From: Selaginella moellendorffii
Taxonomy: Eukaryota; Plantae; Lycopodiophyta
Direction: 5' to 3'
Length of the DNA: 64,000 nt
Assembly: GCF_000143415.4 (NCBI RefSeq)
Contig: NW_003314365.1
Span: 545,496 to 609,495, forward strand
In this document: positions 1 to 13,571 of the stretch, piece by piece
How the letters are laid out: each line of letters opens with the position of its first letter
Position numbering within the stretch: the first letter of the stretch is position 1
Translations under genes and position numbers: made by a program
Notes under the pieces: model-generated
The model's database searches: none
Told to the model about the DNA's origin: nothing
What the model saw: the letters and a program-made list of their open reading frames with translations, nothing else

Positions 1-214
1 ATATGTTCTCAAGTTGTTCTTACCGTTCGATATATTTCTTATAATTATCTACACAGCAAGTGTGACATCTCACAAGATCATCGCTTGCTCTGAATTTCCT
101 CTAGAAATTCCTCGCCATAGGATCTTGTGGAAGAAGCTGTGGCTATACAGTGACCAATATTTTCCAATCAAAGATGTACCAGGAAATAAAAATTTACATT
201 TTGTATATGATGTG

Positions 215-216
<2 letters not shown>

Positions 217-252
<36 letters not shown>
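217..252. repeat. (GA)18 microsatellite
   Basis: Perfect GA dinucleotide run; it explains the ERERER stretches in the short ORFs here. Confidence 0.95.
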
Positions 253-254
<2 letters not shown>

Positions 255-1171
255 AAACAAAGCCTTAGGAGTTCGATGATCCACCACGCAAAAGAGATAG
301 CTCCGTGGAACAACATTAAACCAGTAAGATAGTTTCTCTCAACAACATGAAATCACCGTCACCGCTAGGTTTTGGTCTTGTCTTTCCAACGCTCACAGTA
401 TTGATAGATGGAACAATGCTGTACCAGAGCTCTTAAGGGAAGTGGCCTTAGCGAGCACATCAGAAAGGATACGAAGAAGTGGGTGTGTGCTACATTTGAT
501 TCCTTCTATTTCGCATCCTTACAAATACTTTGACAGGCTTGAACGATGACATCACTAAGACTGCAAGGTGGAAAATTTTACCTGTTGGTGATTGCTGAAA
601 AACGATAAGATGTGAGAAAGAAGGTTACTTATATCAAGTTTCTTTCTCCTTTTACTTTTTGTTTCTTGTGTCTAGGTTTGTGAGAATTGAATTGAAGAAG
701 CTCAAAATACATCAGTGGCCATGGAGATGTTTTCTGTCATTTGAAATTTTAGCTTTAGAGCAGCAGCAATAACCTTTGGACCAGAACTGGCGAGCACAAT
801 GTTGGCGCTGGTTGATATGCAAACATTATACCTAAACACAATCCATTTAAGAAAACTTCATGTCACCACTGATCAAAAGTGGGCTGATGCACTAGAGCAC
901 TTCCAATTAGGATAAAGGGCACCAAACACACATCAACCTCTCTAGTGCGCCACACACAAGCTACAAATACTACTTATTCTAGCATAACACTAACACGTTT
1001 CAAATTCACATGAAAGAAGCATAGGCAACTTAGTCTCTTCCCGCACTCTTATGCTTCATGATAGGCGCCAGACAATTTCTTTAAATGAGATATTCTGTTA
1101 TGTGGTCAGCCAGCCGTTAAAAATCAAAACGCGCCTCTGCCTATCACAAAACCACAAGTAAAAGACAAAAA

Positions 1172-2389
1172 ATGGGAAGGAAGAACAAAGACAACAAGAA
1201 TCCAGGCCCTGGTGCATACTATCCTGACGTCAAGCCAGTCACTCCAGCATCTCCAGCGTATTCGATCTCCTGCAAGCCTCCTCCTCCCCACAATGACGAA
1301 GGTAATCCCGGACCAGGAGCATACACTGTCGAGCATGGAAATAAGCGTTTTGGACCTGCATTTACAATTCCTGGTCGCCATCCTTCTTCTCATGAGAAAG
1401 ACGAAAAAGCACTTATGCCTGGACCTGGAGCATACAGAGCCGACTGTGAGATCATTCATCCTCGAGATCCTGCTTACTCAATGCAGGGACGAAGGTCTTC
1501 CTACCCAAAAGAAGTTCTACCTGGACCGGGTGCTTACGGTGCTGGAGCTTCAGAAAGCGGTCCGTCTTTTACAATTCTGGCGAAAAGAGAGTCGCCAATG
1601 TCTACAAGTGCCGAAACGCCTGGACCGGGCGCCTATAATGCTGGAGAGCGTCCAAAATCGTCGGCTATTTCTTTTGCTGGCAAATATGGACGAAGGTTGG
1701 AGGATGACAGTCCTGGACCGGGAGCTTATCCAGCAGCAAGTACTTTAACAGGTCCGTCCTTCAGCATGGCACGAAAGCGACCACCACGAGAGGTTATTGA
1801 GACGCCTGGACCTGGACAGTATGCAGCAGACGCAGCCCTGGCTTATCTTCAACACAAAGAGCCTGCTTTCAGCATTGCTGGTCGAGGACGAAGACAGGTT
1901 GAAATTTCTGGACCCGGGCCTGGTGCCTACAGTCCCAGGGTCGTGACTTCTGAAACCAGACGAGGATGCAGTATTTCTGGAAGGAAGCCTGCTAGAAAGA
2001 TGGAAGTCAGTCCCGGTCCTGGAGCTTACTTTTGGAAGACTGTCAAGAGGCCAGGTACTCCTGCGTATACCATTGCAGGGCGACACAGTAAATCGCTTCA
2101 GGAAACTGGACCTGGGCCAGGTGCTTACAGTCCAGTAGAAAGCTACTGGGGTGGTCCGGCTTACAGCTTCACATCCAGAAAGCTCAACAGGCCAATGAGA
2201 GAGTCACCAGGACCAGGAGAGTACAAGGCCAGCACCAAGAAACTAGCCGAATCATCACCCGCTTTCTCCATTGGCATCAAGTATTCTTCCAAGAATTTTG
2301 AATCTGGTCCAGGACCTGGAACATACAACTCGAAATCTTCCCTTGGAGGACCGGCTTTCACACTCTCTGGAAGAGGTGATGATGATTAG
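1172..2389 (+). CDS. SHIPPO/ODF3-type PGPGxY repeat protein (axonemal microtubule-associated)
   Basis: 405-aa uninterrupted ORF with about a dozen PGPG(A/Q/E/T)Y...PA(Y/F)(S/T)I repeats typical of sperm-tail PG-rich (SHIPPO) proteins. An upstream exon cannot be excluded. Confidence 0.85.
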   Translation: MGRKNKDNKNPGPGAYYPDVKPVTPASPAYSISCKPPPPHNDEGNPGPGAYTVEHGNKRFGPAFTIPGRHPSSHEKDEKALMPGPGAYRADCEIIHPRDPAYSMQGRRSSYPKEVLPGPGAYGAGASESGPSFTILAKRESPMSTSAETPGPGAYNAGERPKSSAISFAGKYGRRLEDDSPGPGAYPAASTLTGPSFSMARKRPPREVIETPGPGQYAADAALAYLQHKEPAFSIAGRGRRQVEISGPGPGAYSPRVVTSETRRGCSISGRKPARKMEVSPGPGAYFWKTVKRPGTPAYTIAGRHSKSLQETGPGPGAYSPVESYWGGPAYSFTSRKLNRPMRESPGPGEYKASTKKLAESSPAFSIGIKYSSKNFESGPGPGTYNSKSSLGGPAFTLSGRGDDD

Positions 2390-2485
2390 AAATGTTTTTC
2401 TTTCAAAATGGAAATGTGGAGAACGTTTTATCACAAGAAAGCAACAGATAGTAAGTAGACTAGAAAGAATTAGGGTTTCGCCGAA

Positions 2486-5232
2486 ATGGCGATCCTAGCC
2501 GCGCAGGACAGGGAGTTCTCAGGTAAGATTCACCTGCGTAAATGCGTTTAATTACACCCCCTTGTTGCGTGTTCAAGATGCCGTGGAATCAGGGACAAGT
2601 AATCAAGAAAAGGAGGTTATCCGCGTTGTTTAGCTCCTTAGCAATGCTGTAATACTGACTTTTAGGTGGAAGTTCTGCAAGCCGAGCTCAAAGTGTTGCC
2701 ATTGAGGGCTTCTGACAGTGAATTGACCATTTTAACCCTGCGTTCTCAGCTCGCACAGAAAACCGAACAGCTCAGCTTCCTGACGGATGAAAAGGTTTGC
2801 TTTTACATGAAGCATCATGCTCACTATTTCATGAAATGTAGGTTGTGAGTGAAGAAGCGCTTGAAGCCAGCCAGCGTGAATGCTCGCAGCTAACCTCTCT
2901 TATCAAGGCAAGAAATTGTATGGTGAGATATTTTCTGAGCAATTAATTTCAGGAACTAGATGCTAACATTGGAGACCTAACATCTGCTCTTGCAACAAGG
3001 ACAGAAGAACGTGATTCTGCCATATCTTGTGAAAATAAGGTAGGAAAATGGGCTGTTAATTGCATTTTATGCATCTGTGTACAGGAATTAGAGATACGGG
3101 TGGCTTCTGAAGTGAAACTTCAAGAGAAATGCAAAAATTTGGAGTATGAATCTCTTAACCAATTGGATTATTCTTATATGGGCATTACAGGTGTCAACTT
3201 CAAGCCCTTCAGACAGAACATACCAAGTTGCGAAATTATGCTGAGGATTGTAAAAATGAGGAGTGTCGGAAGAAATTAATTTTAGCGGCATCCGCCTCTG
3301 AGATTCAAGAATACCAGTAATATGCTATAGATTCTCTTTTCCTTTGTAAGTGCGCTGCAATTACAGAGTTCAGCTACAGATAGCTGAGAAGGAAGTCAGG
3401 GATCTAAAAGTTCTTGTAACACAACTCGATCAAACAAGGGATAAGCTCGTAATATTTTGCAAAAAAACTTTTCTTCAACTCATTTCTTGTGTATGGAAGG
3501 TCGGGAAGCTTGAAACTACAATGGCAGATTATCAGCTGCTTGAATCGCACCTTATAAAAACCGAGGGTGACCTTCGGCGTCTTACAGAAGAGTCTGAGGT
3601 CAAGAGTACGGAAACTCTGCATTTACAAACTTTAATGGAGTCTCTGGGAAAGGAGAGAGACCGTATTGACACTGAGGTATGATTCTTTCTTGAATTATGC
3701 ATGAACTATCTCTTTTTTTTCCCGCATAGTTTCACATTCAAATGGACAGCTTCTTGCAACTAAAAGAAGAGAATAAAAGGCTAGTCGCCGATGCCTTACA
3801 TATGTCGAAGGATCTACATAAAGCGGAACAGGCTCTTCAGGAAGAAGGCATGCACGTTCATCAAGCGGAATCAAAGGTAGGTTTCTTGTTCTTGTCTTTT
3901 TGTTTGGAGGAAGTTCAGTATTTTTTATCTATAGATAGCATCTCTTAAAGAAGAGCTTGCCATTGAAGAAGGTTCACGGCATGTGTTTGAAGAAAGGTGT
4001 GCTGCAAAGGTGTGTCATGCAATGTAGGGATTTCCCTGTTGACATTGGTCATTCAGACTGCAGAGTTGCATGTTGTTAAAGAAGATTTAACTCGAATGAC
4101 CTGTGACATTCAGGTATAATACTTGTCCTAGCATGAGTGATTACTATGCTTATGCAGACCGTAAAAGTGAGCTAANNNNNNNNNNNNNNNNNNNNNNNNN
4201 NNNNNNNNNNNNNNNNNNNNNNNNNNNNNNNNNNNNNNNNNNNNNNNNNNNNNNNNNNNNNNNNNNNNNNNNNNNNNNNNNNNNNNNNNNNNNNNNNNNN
4301 NNNNNNNNNNNNNNNNNNNNNNNNNNNNNNNNNNNNNNNNNNNNNNNNNNNNNNNNNNNNNNNNNNNNNNNNNNNNNNNNNNNNNNNNNNNNNNNNNNNN
4401 NNNNNNNNNNNNNNNNNNNNNNNNNNNNNNNNNNNNNNNNNNNNNNNNNNNNNNNNNNNNNNNNNNNNNNNNNNNNNNNNNNNNNNNNNNNNNNNNNNNN
4501 NNNNNNNNNNNNNNNNNNNNNNNNNNNNNNNNNNNNNNNNNNNNNNNNNNNNNNNNNNNNNNNNNNNNNNNNNNNNNNNNNNNNNNNNNNNNNNNNNNNN
4601 NNNNNNNNNNNNNNNNNNNNNNNNNNNNNNNNNNNNNNNNNNNNNNNNNNNNNNNNNNNNNNNNNNNNNNNNNNNNNNNNNNNNNNNNNNNNNNNNNNNN
4701 NNNNNNNNNNNNNNNNNNNNNNNNNNNNNNNNNNNNNNNNNNNNNNNNNNNNNNNNNNNNNNNNNNNNNNNNNNNNNNNNNNNNNNNNNNNNNNNNNNNN
4801 NNNNNNNNNNNNNNNNNNNNNNNNNNNNNNNNNNNNAGTACATTCGCCATATTGGTTCACAGCGTACGCCCTAGTGATGTTGCCAAGGTACTTCAGGTCT
4901 TTTTGTATCTGGCTGACTGAAGGTATCAGGAACATGAAGATCACAATGCCACATTACCAGCCGACTTGTCTAAAACGTCGGTGATATATAAAGATTGTTT
5001 GGAAAGACTTCATCGAACTGAGTCGCAGTAAGAATTGCGAAAATGCTAATTTTACAAAATATAAACCTTTTAACAGGTGTGCGCAGCAAAAAAGGGACTA
5101 TGACAACATCCTTGAGCTACTTGCAAAGGTTTCCGTATCCAATCTTGGTTTTATTCATTAGCTTCTTGATAGGTAGATGAGGAGAGAACGCAGCTGCAGA
5201 AGAAATGCTCGGAATTGCTAGCGAGGGATTAA
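2486..5232 (+). CDS. Multi-exon coiled-coil protein, possibly CEP135/TSGA10-like centriolar protein
   Basis: ATG at 2486 followed by many short exons and ~50-nt introns. Heptad-rich segments include LQIAEKEVRDLKVLVTQLDQTRDKL and LQTLMESLGKERDRIDTE. The last exon reads VDEERTQLQKKCSELLARD-TAA (5232). The gene spans an N gap and the family assignment is tentative. Confidence 0.6.
4175..4837. other. Assembly gap (further ~100-N gaps at ~7597, 9605, 49237, 54493, 59500, 60604)
   Basis: Runs of N. Confidence 0.99.
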
Positions 5233-5416
5233 AAAGCACCACCAATGCAGGTCAGTATGCATGCCCTTTCAAAAAAGCTCCTTATGGTTAATCAACAGAT
5301 AGGAGCATAAAAAATTGTGGGTAGCGACAACTTTATGTAGATTATTAAAGTGCTTTGGTTGAATGGCAATTAGGGCTCTCTAAAGATTTCCCGCTCTGTC
5401 ATTTCTTGTCGCTCCA

Positions 5417-8061
5417 ATGGTGGATGACGAACAGGTAAGGAATCCTTGAGCTGGATGGACTGATCTTCTCATTTCTTCTGGCATTTGCAGCCAAAAAGTC
5501 CATTGAGCGCGTTGCGCTCTCCAGAGCCATCAGGCACACCAACACTCAAAAGTACCTTAGCATGCAGGTTCTCATTTCCCCATTGTAAGTTCGAAGCTGA
5601 TTGTTCGTCAGGCCTTCGGCACTTGGCTTTCACCTCAATAACTTTGAATTGATATATCCCACATCCATTGTCGCTGAAGAGAAATGCGGTCATTCCCTCA
5701 AATCAGAATCTGAAGAGCCTTATTTTATCAAAACTCGTATGCTATTGAATCTGTTAGTATAGAAAAAGCTCAGCCTTTTGTTTCAGATTGTGAAGACGAT
5801 CTTTGCGTTTGGCATCCTTCTATACTGGATGTTGAACCAGAGGAAAAAAAGTAGCAGGTTATTTTGAGGCACAGTGGCTGTGAAATATTTATCCCTCAAA
5901 TTACAGACATGATAAAAAAGAAGTTCTGCAAGGAAGTAACTCGAATTTTGAGGCTTTTGATTTGTCCTCAAAACATCACGCGTGGACGTCTTTACCAGAA
6001 TTTAAACAGCGTGGACACCAAGATCCAGCAATGGATTGCAAGGCTATCAAAAGCTTTCCATTTGAAGGTATGATGCCGTGTGGTTACCCTATGTGCTCAT
6101 CCGTATGTTTTGAAGATGTTGCTCACAGAGATGGACAAACTGAAGCCAGTGCTCTACAAACTCGATTTGCTGAGCTATTTAGAAAAGTTGTACAATATTT
6201 ATGCTGCTTTAACTTATGCTTTCAATTTGTTCAGGTAACAGCAAATCTAAGCAAGATAAAGCCCCTCAGTGTTTCTATACAGCAAGAGGATCTTCTAAAA
6301 AAGGTAGTTGTTGAGAAGGGATTTTTAAAGTTTTCTTTTCAGATAAAAGAACTAGAGCTGCAACTGGCCCATGAAAAGCGCCACAGTCAGATAGTTGGTA
6401 AGAAGATGATAGAGGAACGACAAGTTGCCGAAAGAATTCTGAAGGAACGGCAGGAATTCTGGGAGAAAAAACTCAAGGATCTACAAAAGGAAAAGTATGC
6501 TCTATCCATTCGCCTACAGGTGATTTTCTAGGATGTTGCTATAGTTGTGCTAATAATCAGCTGTTTAAGGAGGTGGGCACCGAGACTCCTCGAAAGCGTA
6601 TCGCAAGGGGTGACGATGTCGTTGTCTTGACCGGAGAAGAACTGAAACGGCTGAAACAAGAACTGTGGGAGCAAGAGTCACTTATTAAGGGTTATCAGGT
6701 ATGGCAAATAATAGGGTGCCTACAGCTTACATTGTGATTTCAGCTTGAAAATCAAAGAGCAGTTGACAGGATGAAAGATTTTCAGCTAGAGGCCAAAGAA
6801 AAGCATAAGCTAATGGCAGATGAAAATGCTGCGCTTGCTTCACAACTCGCAAACATGCAATTATCTGTTTGTCAAAGTACTGGGCTTTCGATGGAGGGGT
6901 CGATGAAATCCATCAACGGCCTTGAAGGCCATGCCAGAGAGCTGAAACTCAGGCTCGAAAACGAAAAGGTCTTTTCTTTCACTTATTATGCTAAGGGAAC
7001 GAATTTTCTGTGTCATCACAGCTCCTACAGCTTGTTTATGACCTGGAGCAAACAATTGCAGAGCTCAGGTCTAATAAGAAACAGAGAGAGCGAGAGGAAG
7101 AACAAGCTGCAAACTACCAGCAATTACTCTTTGAGAAGAAACAGCTTGAGAAACAACTGAAAAGTCAGGTACCCCTTGATAACAAATAAATTTCCACGTC
7201 TCAAGTAATATTGTGAAGGCTGCTACGATTACTGAGTTGGAGATGAAGATTTTGATGGACCAAACAAAACTTAGGCTGGAAACACCTCAAACTACACCAC
7301 CTCATAATCCGCTTGCTTCAGAAAATGGCCAAGCACCTTCAAGGAAAATAAAAAAAGTCACCCAACAGGTCTGTTCAGGATTTGCTGAATGATATAAAGG
7401 TTGGGAAGTTTCTTATAGGTTGCAGACATCCGCTCGTTTTACCTTAAGAAAATTAAAGACCTTGCTCAAAAGCTGGAAAAGGCTAATGATGTAAAGCCAA
7501 AGAAGCTAGATGAGTTGTTACCCTACAAAGACCTGTCATCTCAGGTACTTTTTACTTTTTCTCTTCATGCGTGTGGGTTTTAATTTCATGCAGTCANNNN
7601 NNNNNNNNNNNNNNNNNNNNNNNNNNNNNNNNNNNNNNNNNNNNNNNNNNNNNNNNNNNNNNNNNNNNNNNNNNNNNNNNNNNNNNNNNNNNNNNNAAGC
7701 ATTAACCGAGGAGCTGTCTGAGCTCCAATGTACACCTCGTAACATACAGGTGTAATCAATTTTAAGAAGACATCTGCTGAAGTCTCTTTATTATTATGTG
7801 CAGTTCAACGTCTTAAAGGACAAGATTCAAGACATGGAGGTTTGTCACCAGCAGAAGGAGCTGGAATGGGAGGAAATTCTCAATAAAACGAAGCGGGTCT
7901 ATAACATTCAACAGGACACAATTGAGAGAAAGTGGGAGCTCACTCTAGCAGCCAAGAACGCTGAGGTAGAGCGATTTAGATTGGAATTAGATACCATATT
8001 AGAAACAGCCTTGAAGATTCAAGCAGCACAACTACAAATAGTAAAAGGTTCTTATTTTTGA
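5417..8061 (+). CDS. CEP162: CEP162-like centrosomal/transition-zone coiled-coil protein (multi-exon)
   Basis: C-terminal KWELTLAAKNAEVERFRLELDTILE and internal ELWEQESLIKGYQ|LENQR resemble conserved CEP162 motifs. Short GT-AG introns. Start codon uncertain. Confidence 0.7.
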
Positions 8062-8076
8062 CTTTTTATAGTGAAA

Positions 8077-8985
8077 CTAGCAAGGAATCCAGCTCCGCTG
8101 GCATAGATAGTAATTATGTTTTTTTAATATTATCATGTAAAAGAGCTTCTTTATAGACTATATTTTTTGTGTACACAATTTTATTTTGCAGGAAACCTTG
8201 TCCCTCACATTGTTTTATAGACATTTGTGTCTTTGATGTTCCCCTTGAGAGTGCAACATAAAGTTGACCATGGCTGAAAACTTGTCTTGGCAAGAATATC
8301 TTTATATTTTACAGTGTTTGTCTTTAGGATTTGCAAATTATAACAGAGAATGCAAGCCTTATAGAGAACTACTACCATTTTACAATGAACGGCATATCTC
8401 CATTTTTTGGTTTCAAAGAGATTATTGGTAGAAGTAATTTTTTTTTACTTACATATCATTCTGTAAAATTTTAACTTCAATGACATTTGGTAAAGCCTTG
8501 GTTATGGTAGTTTATTTGTGTTAATATTATGTAAGAGCATTATGATACAACTGATTTTTATGTTTATCTTGTCATTCCAGACAGTGTTACCAAGTTTAAG
8601 AACTCCATACAATAGTCAAGCATCTTCTCATTTGATTCTGTTTCTACAGTATCAATGCTCTTGTATGTTATTGTTGCTCATTCTTGAAAGGACTCAGTCA
8701 TTTACTTGTAAAGAGAGGTCATTTAAAGTTGTGAAAATAGCCTTTTGAAATAGGCTGAAGTTACTTGTCTTTGTATGTTTTTCAAACACACTATCTATCA
8801 ATTGTTCTATAGTAATGGATGTTAGTGGTACTCTGAATGTCCTGATTAAATCTTGGGAGGTTAGGGAGATTGCCATTCCTTGGCTCACAAGCCATCTTGA
8901 CCATTCTTTTTCTTCTGGGTTCACTTGCATGTTTATATGCAATAAGAACTTTAGGAGTTTAGAACATATTGGTGAAGATTTAACA
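8077..8985 (-). mobile_element. Helitron 3' end with degenerate PIF1-type helicase C-terminus
   Basis: Minus-strand VKSSPI..LHINMQ..WSRWLVSQG, KAIFTTLND, EFLN..SG..IMLLHNIN, AFSVIICKS*RQTL and PRQVFSHGQLYVALSR motifs. It ends in a CCAGC-GGA-GCTGG hairpin, then CTAG|T at 8077. Confidence 0.85.
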
Positions 8986-9530
8986 CTATTTTGAATGATT
9001 TGTGTGTGGCAAGCGGTTTATACGGATAGTAACACATTGAGCTACTTTGTTATGCAGCCAAAGCTTATGCCGAAGTAGACTCATTGGCAAGAGAAGCTTG
9101 TTAGAGTTGATATTAGAATCATCTATAAACCTAGTAAAAACAATATTATTTTGGATGCATTGAGTCATCAGGCTCAATTCCAGGCAATATTGGCAATCAA
9201 TTTAGACTGGTTGGAGGAGATTTGGGCTTCATATGGAAGTGATTCATTAGCGAAGGCAATCTTGCACCATGCGAAGTTGTCAAAGTAAAACTCTAGTAGC
9301 AAAGTGGTGAAAGTTGCTAGTGGTGCCAATGTAAAGCTTCAGTTCTCAATTTGGGATGGACTTATATTCTATAAGCAAGAAATATTGTATCTTCCGTCCA
9401 AGGATCTATGACACCTGTTTCTACAGGAACATTATGATGTTCCCACAGTGGGACATAGTGGTAAACAAAAGACTCTTTCTTCATTGAAAAGGATTTTTTT
9501 GGTTAGGTATGGAAAGTGATGTAGTAGGTA
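8986..9530 (+). mobile_element. Degenerate Ty3/Gypsy RNase H-integrase fragment
   Basis: IIYKPSKNNIILDALSH and EHYDVPTVGHSGKQKT motifs, with stops. Confidence 0.7.
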
Positions 9531-9564
9531 CCAGCTAGTCTCGCCCTTTTTCTTACCCCCTTTT

Positions 9565-9599
<35 letters not shown>

Positions 9600-9704
9600 C
9601 TTTTNNNNNNNNNNNNNNNNNNNNNNNNNNNNNNNNNNNNNNNNNNNNNNNNNNNNNNNNNNNNNNNNNNNNNNNNNNNNNNNNNNNNNNNNNNNNNNNN
9701 NNNN

Positions 9705-10960
9705 CTGAAGGAACTCTATGGAGGTGTTTTTAAACTGTGTTAGGTTGGGGCTAAGGGTTAATAGCCTTAGGTGGGAGTGAGCATATATTTAAGGGGTGCC
9801 AAAAAAGAGCAATACCCACTCTCAGAAGAGAAATTGACTTCAGTACTTTTGTCTTAAATGGAATGGTGCCCCACTTAAGTACTATAAGGTTCATTGGTCC
9901 TTGCCCTTTCCTAGAGGCTTAGGCCTTCCCTTTGGTATGAAAGTGGGGAGTTAGGGTTTAAACTATGGTGTTTCCCTTTGAGGTCCTGAACTATTATATA
10001 CACCCCAAGACTTAGGATTGAGAACAAGTTTTGTTATACCATAACATGTTAAAAACCTCAAAGATTAGTTGGTTATGGTTGAGGGGATTTTAGACAAACT
10101 TTAAGTTTAGTTTAACTCGAAAAAAGGATTGGGAGAGAGTTTAGGAATTTGTGAAGAGATGGTTAACACCCTATTGCTTATGTAGTGAGAGTTGGTATTT
10201 TTATAAGTAAAACATTAAGCATAATAAGCAGAGTTATCTTTAAGCTTTGAATATGCTTAAAGCTCCACACTTTTAATTAAAGAAAAAATATCAAAAGTTA
10301 GTGTCTTTGGCAAGATTTCTACCACTAGATTTCTTGAATAAGTTTGCAATTAATACACAAAAAGCCCCATAGCTTCATGCTACCTTGGAATAGGCTCAAC
10401 CTCATCTCACATTTATGCCACTTCTTTAGTGCCAATAGCTGTGTCACCAGTGCCAAGTGCCCCCTCTTTTCCTGGGTCTAGCCATCCTTATCCCTTACTA
10501 TTGGACCAAAATCTTCATGATTGCCCAATGGCAAGATTGTGATGGGACAAATGTTACACACTAGATTGAGTGGTAGGCCAAGTCCAAGCTATAATGTCAT
10601 GCCTCCACCATCTTCTTATGCCCATAAGGAAATATTCTATGGGTTTTGCATATCATTTAGGCATTAAGAGGGCACTTGCCAACTAAAGTGCTTCTTTCTC
10701 AGTTGTTACTAATATGGGTATGTACTAGCCCTTCTTCAACTTGTTAAGAGATTTTAGTAGAGTATACAAGAGATAGTGGATACACAAATATTAAGCACTA
10801 TGCTGCTCTAGCACTTGGGTGAGCCAAGCTCCATAGTCCACATCAATTGCCTTATCTGAGCATTTGCTACAAGTAGCATCCTTAAATCATCCTCCAAATG
10901 GTCGGAGGTGTGGTTAAGTGACTAAAATAGAATGTAAAATTTAGTCGCTTATAGATAAGG
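9705..10960. mobile_element. Degenerate LTR fragments
   Basis: ~9865-10000 resembles the LTR at 28040-28230; ~10890-10945 is the reverse complement of the LTR end seen at 21000 and 26740. Confidence 0.55.
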
Positions 10961-10999
10961 GTCAAGTGCTAACTCTCCCCCTTAACTACTCCTAAATGG

Positions 11000-12950
11000 T
11001 AACTGCCACTTCATCTTGAGTCCTGATTGTCAAGAAAATGCTCGAATGTATGGTTAATCTGATGTACTTCATCAACCCAATCGTGTTGGTCTACTACAAA
11101 ATAGTACCGCAGATAATCCTCAACTTGAGCATTCACATATTTGGTCTACCCATCAGTTTGAGGATGATAAGCCATACCAAAGTTCAACTTGGTATTGAAC
11201 AACTAGAATAGTGTGCCCCAAAATTTCCCCATAAATCTTGAATATCTATTCGAGATCATTTCTTTAGGAAGACCACAAAGTCGTACTACTCTATGGAAAA
11301 AGAGCTTTGTTGCTTGCTTTTCATTTACTATTTCCACAGTTGGAATGAAATGTGCAATCTTCAACAACCGACAAGTATCATAACCCTTAGATTTTGAAAT
11401 GACGAAATCAAGTGTCACACTCTAAATTTTCCATGTTGGTGCTAGAATGCATTGCAACTTTCCAGCCTACTTATTATTTTTGCACTTACATTGCTCGTAT
11501 ATAGGGCGAGAACGGACATAAGCAGCTACATCACTTTCCATACCAAATTAGAAAATCCCTTTTTCATAAATCAAGAGTCTTTTGTTTTCCACTATGTCCT
11601 ACTACTGGAATATCATGATATTCCAACAGAAACAACTACTATAGATCCAAATAATCTCTAAATATTTTATCCATCATTGTACTAAATGTTGTTGAAGCAT
11701 TACATAACCCAAATGGCATGACAAGGAACTTATAAGATCTGTACCAAGTCTTAGAGGCTGTCTTCTCCATATCCTGATCTGCCACCTATATCTGATGATA
11801 CTTGGACCACTAATCAAGTCACATAAAATACTTTACCTTTAAGAGTTGGTTAAACAAGTCATCAATGTAAGGCAAAGGATAATTACTTTTAACCTTGATT
11901 TTTTTGAGTGCCCAATAGTTAAAAAAATCCTCATATTACCATCCTTTTTCATAACAAAAAGGAACGGTGCTCCATAAGTGACTTGTTTGGTCAAATTTGA
12001 CTTTTGTCAAGAAGCTCCATAAGTTGTTTCTTGAGTTTAGCTATCTCCTTGATGTTTAAATGATATGGAGCCTTTATAAGTGGTTTAGAACCCAAAATAA
12101 CTTCAATTCGATGATCAACCTCATAGCTAGGAGGTAGCTCTGGTGGTAAATCCTTTGGAAAGATATCTTGAATCCATGCCAAAAGCTTTAATATCTCATT
12201 TGGTATAGGATCAACCTCTTCACCAATTTGAATTGGGTCACCATCACCCTCAACTTCCATTACTTGATCCCAAAAGGTCTAACATCCCTTCTTAGCTACT
12301 TTTTAAGTGGCTCTTGTAGTCAAGAATTTAGCATCCCAATCCTTTAAGAAGCACTTTTGCAATAGAAAGGACACATCAGGACATCCTTCTAACCTCAATA
12401 TTATATGACTTTATCAAGCACAATAAATCCCTTTAATATATTTGTTGAAAAAATCTATACCAAACACCATTTGAAAATATGGTATCCTCAACACTACCAA
12501 GTCCACTCTTTCTTTCCACTTGGATATTTTTGTTGAAACATCACTCGCAAAATTTCAGCTACTTGCCTACCTTCCCCAAACTGAAAGTGTATGGGCAACA
12601 TTTGCTTAGCATTCAATCCTATTAACTTACCTAAGTCTTCAAATATCACGCTATGCATAGCTCCCATTTCAATCATCACTCGGATTTGGTGTCCATGGAC
12701 AAAGCCTACCAGATAGATCAACAGATTAGTGTTTACATTGACTGCAAGAAATCCTTGAGGAAAGTAATGAAAGTAAATCACCTCCTCTTCCTCATAGTCT
12801 GCATTGACCAACTCGTTAACCCCTTTAGCTTCACCACCATTGTCTTCTCTCATGATATTGACATGAGACACATGACCTTGTCTTATGCTTGTTGGGACAT
12901 TCCGAGGACTTTATGTCCTATCTCTCCACAACAGAAGCAATGACCCATAC
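11000..12950 (-). mobile_element. Degenerate, internally deleted Ty3/Gypsy gag-pol
   Basis: CFCCGEIGH zinc knuckle, protease remnant, RT N-terminus (VDHRIEVILGSKPLIKAPYHL) and integrase core (AHFIPT..GLPKEMIS..YHPQTDG). Confidence 0.8.
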
Positions 12951-12973
12951 TACCTATTCTTTTAGGAATAGGT

Positions 12974-13571
12974 TGTAAGTGAATAAATTTTCCATTCTAC
13001 TTAATCATTTAATCACACCTTTGACCACTTGGAGGAGTCTCACTCATAACCTCCATAAGTCCTACTCTAGACTTGGGGACTTGTTAGCCTCATGAATGGC
13101 ATCTATGCCACTTAGCCTTTGCACTTGGTCCAAGTGCTCCACGTGTCCTATAACTGACACCCAAAGGTACCACTGAAATATCAGTCTATTATACTAAGGC
13201 TATGCTGATTCACCTTTGTCACCCTGGTGGTCCAAGACCACCTGCATCACAGATCTGTCTCTCAAAGATTGAGCCATCTATTCATAGTGGTCATCCCATG
13301 ACCATACCTTAGCATCCTTAGGATGCTAGAAGACATGGGGAACACCCTTCCCCAATATCCCTTCTTCAGTTCATGCCAAGTCTCCATCCCCGGCCGTGCT
13401 TGCCAACACTGCCACCGGGTTAAAGATTGAAGACCCGACCATTAAGTCTCACCAACCTTTGGGACTTCCTCAATATGTGACCATATCCTTAGTCACTACA
13501 CATGAGGACTACTCTTCCTTTCCACAATCCACCTATGCTAAAGCCTTGTATCTCAAAGACTAGACCATTTG
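12974..13571 (-). repeat. Partial LTR of family B, interrupted by element A
   Basis: Starts TGTAAG..AAATTTTCCATT and aligns by eye with 20997+ and 26734+. Confidence 0.75.

Noticed and set aside
4103-4984. Long ORFs containing X runs
   Set aside because: Artefacts of the N gap.
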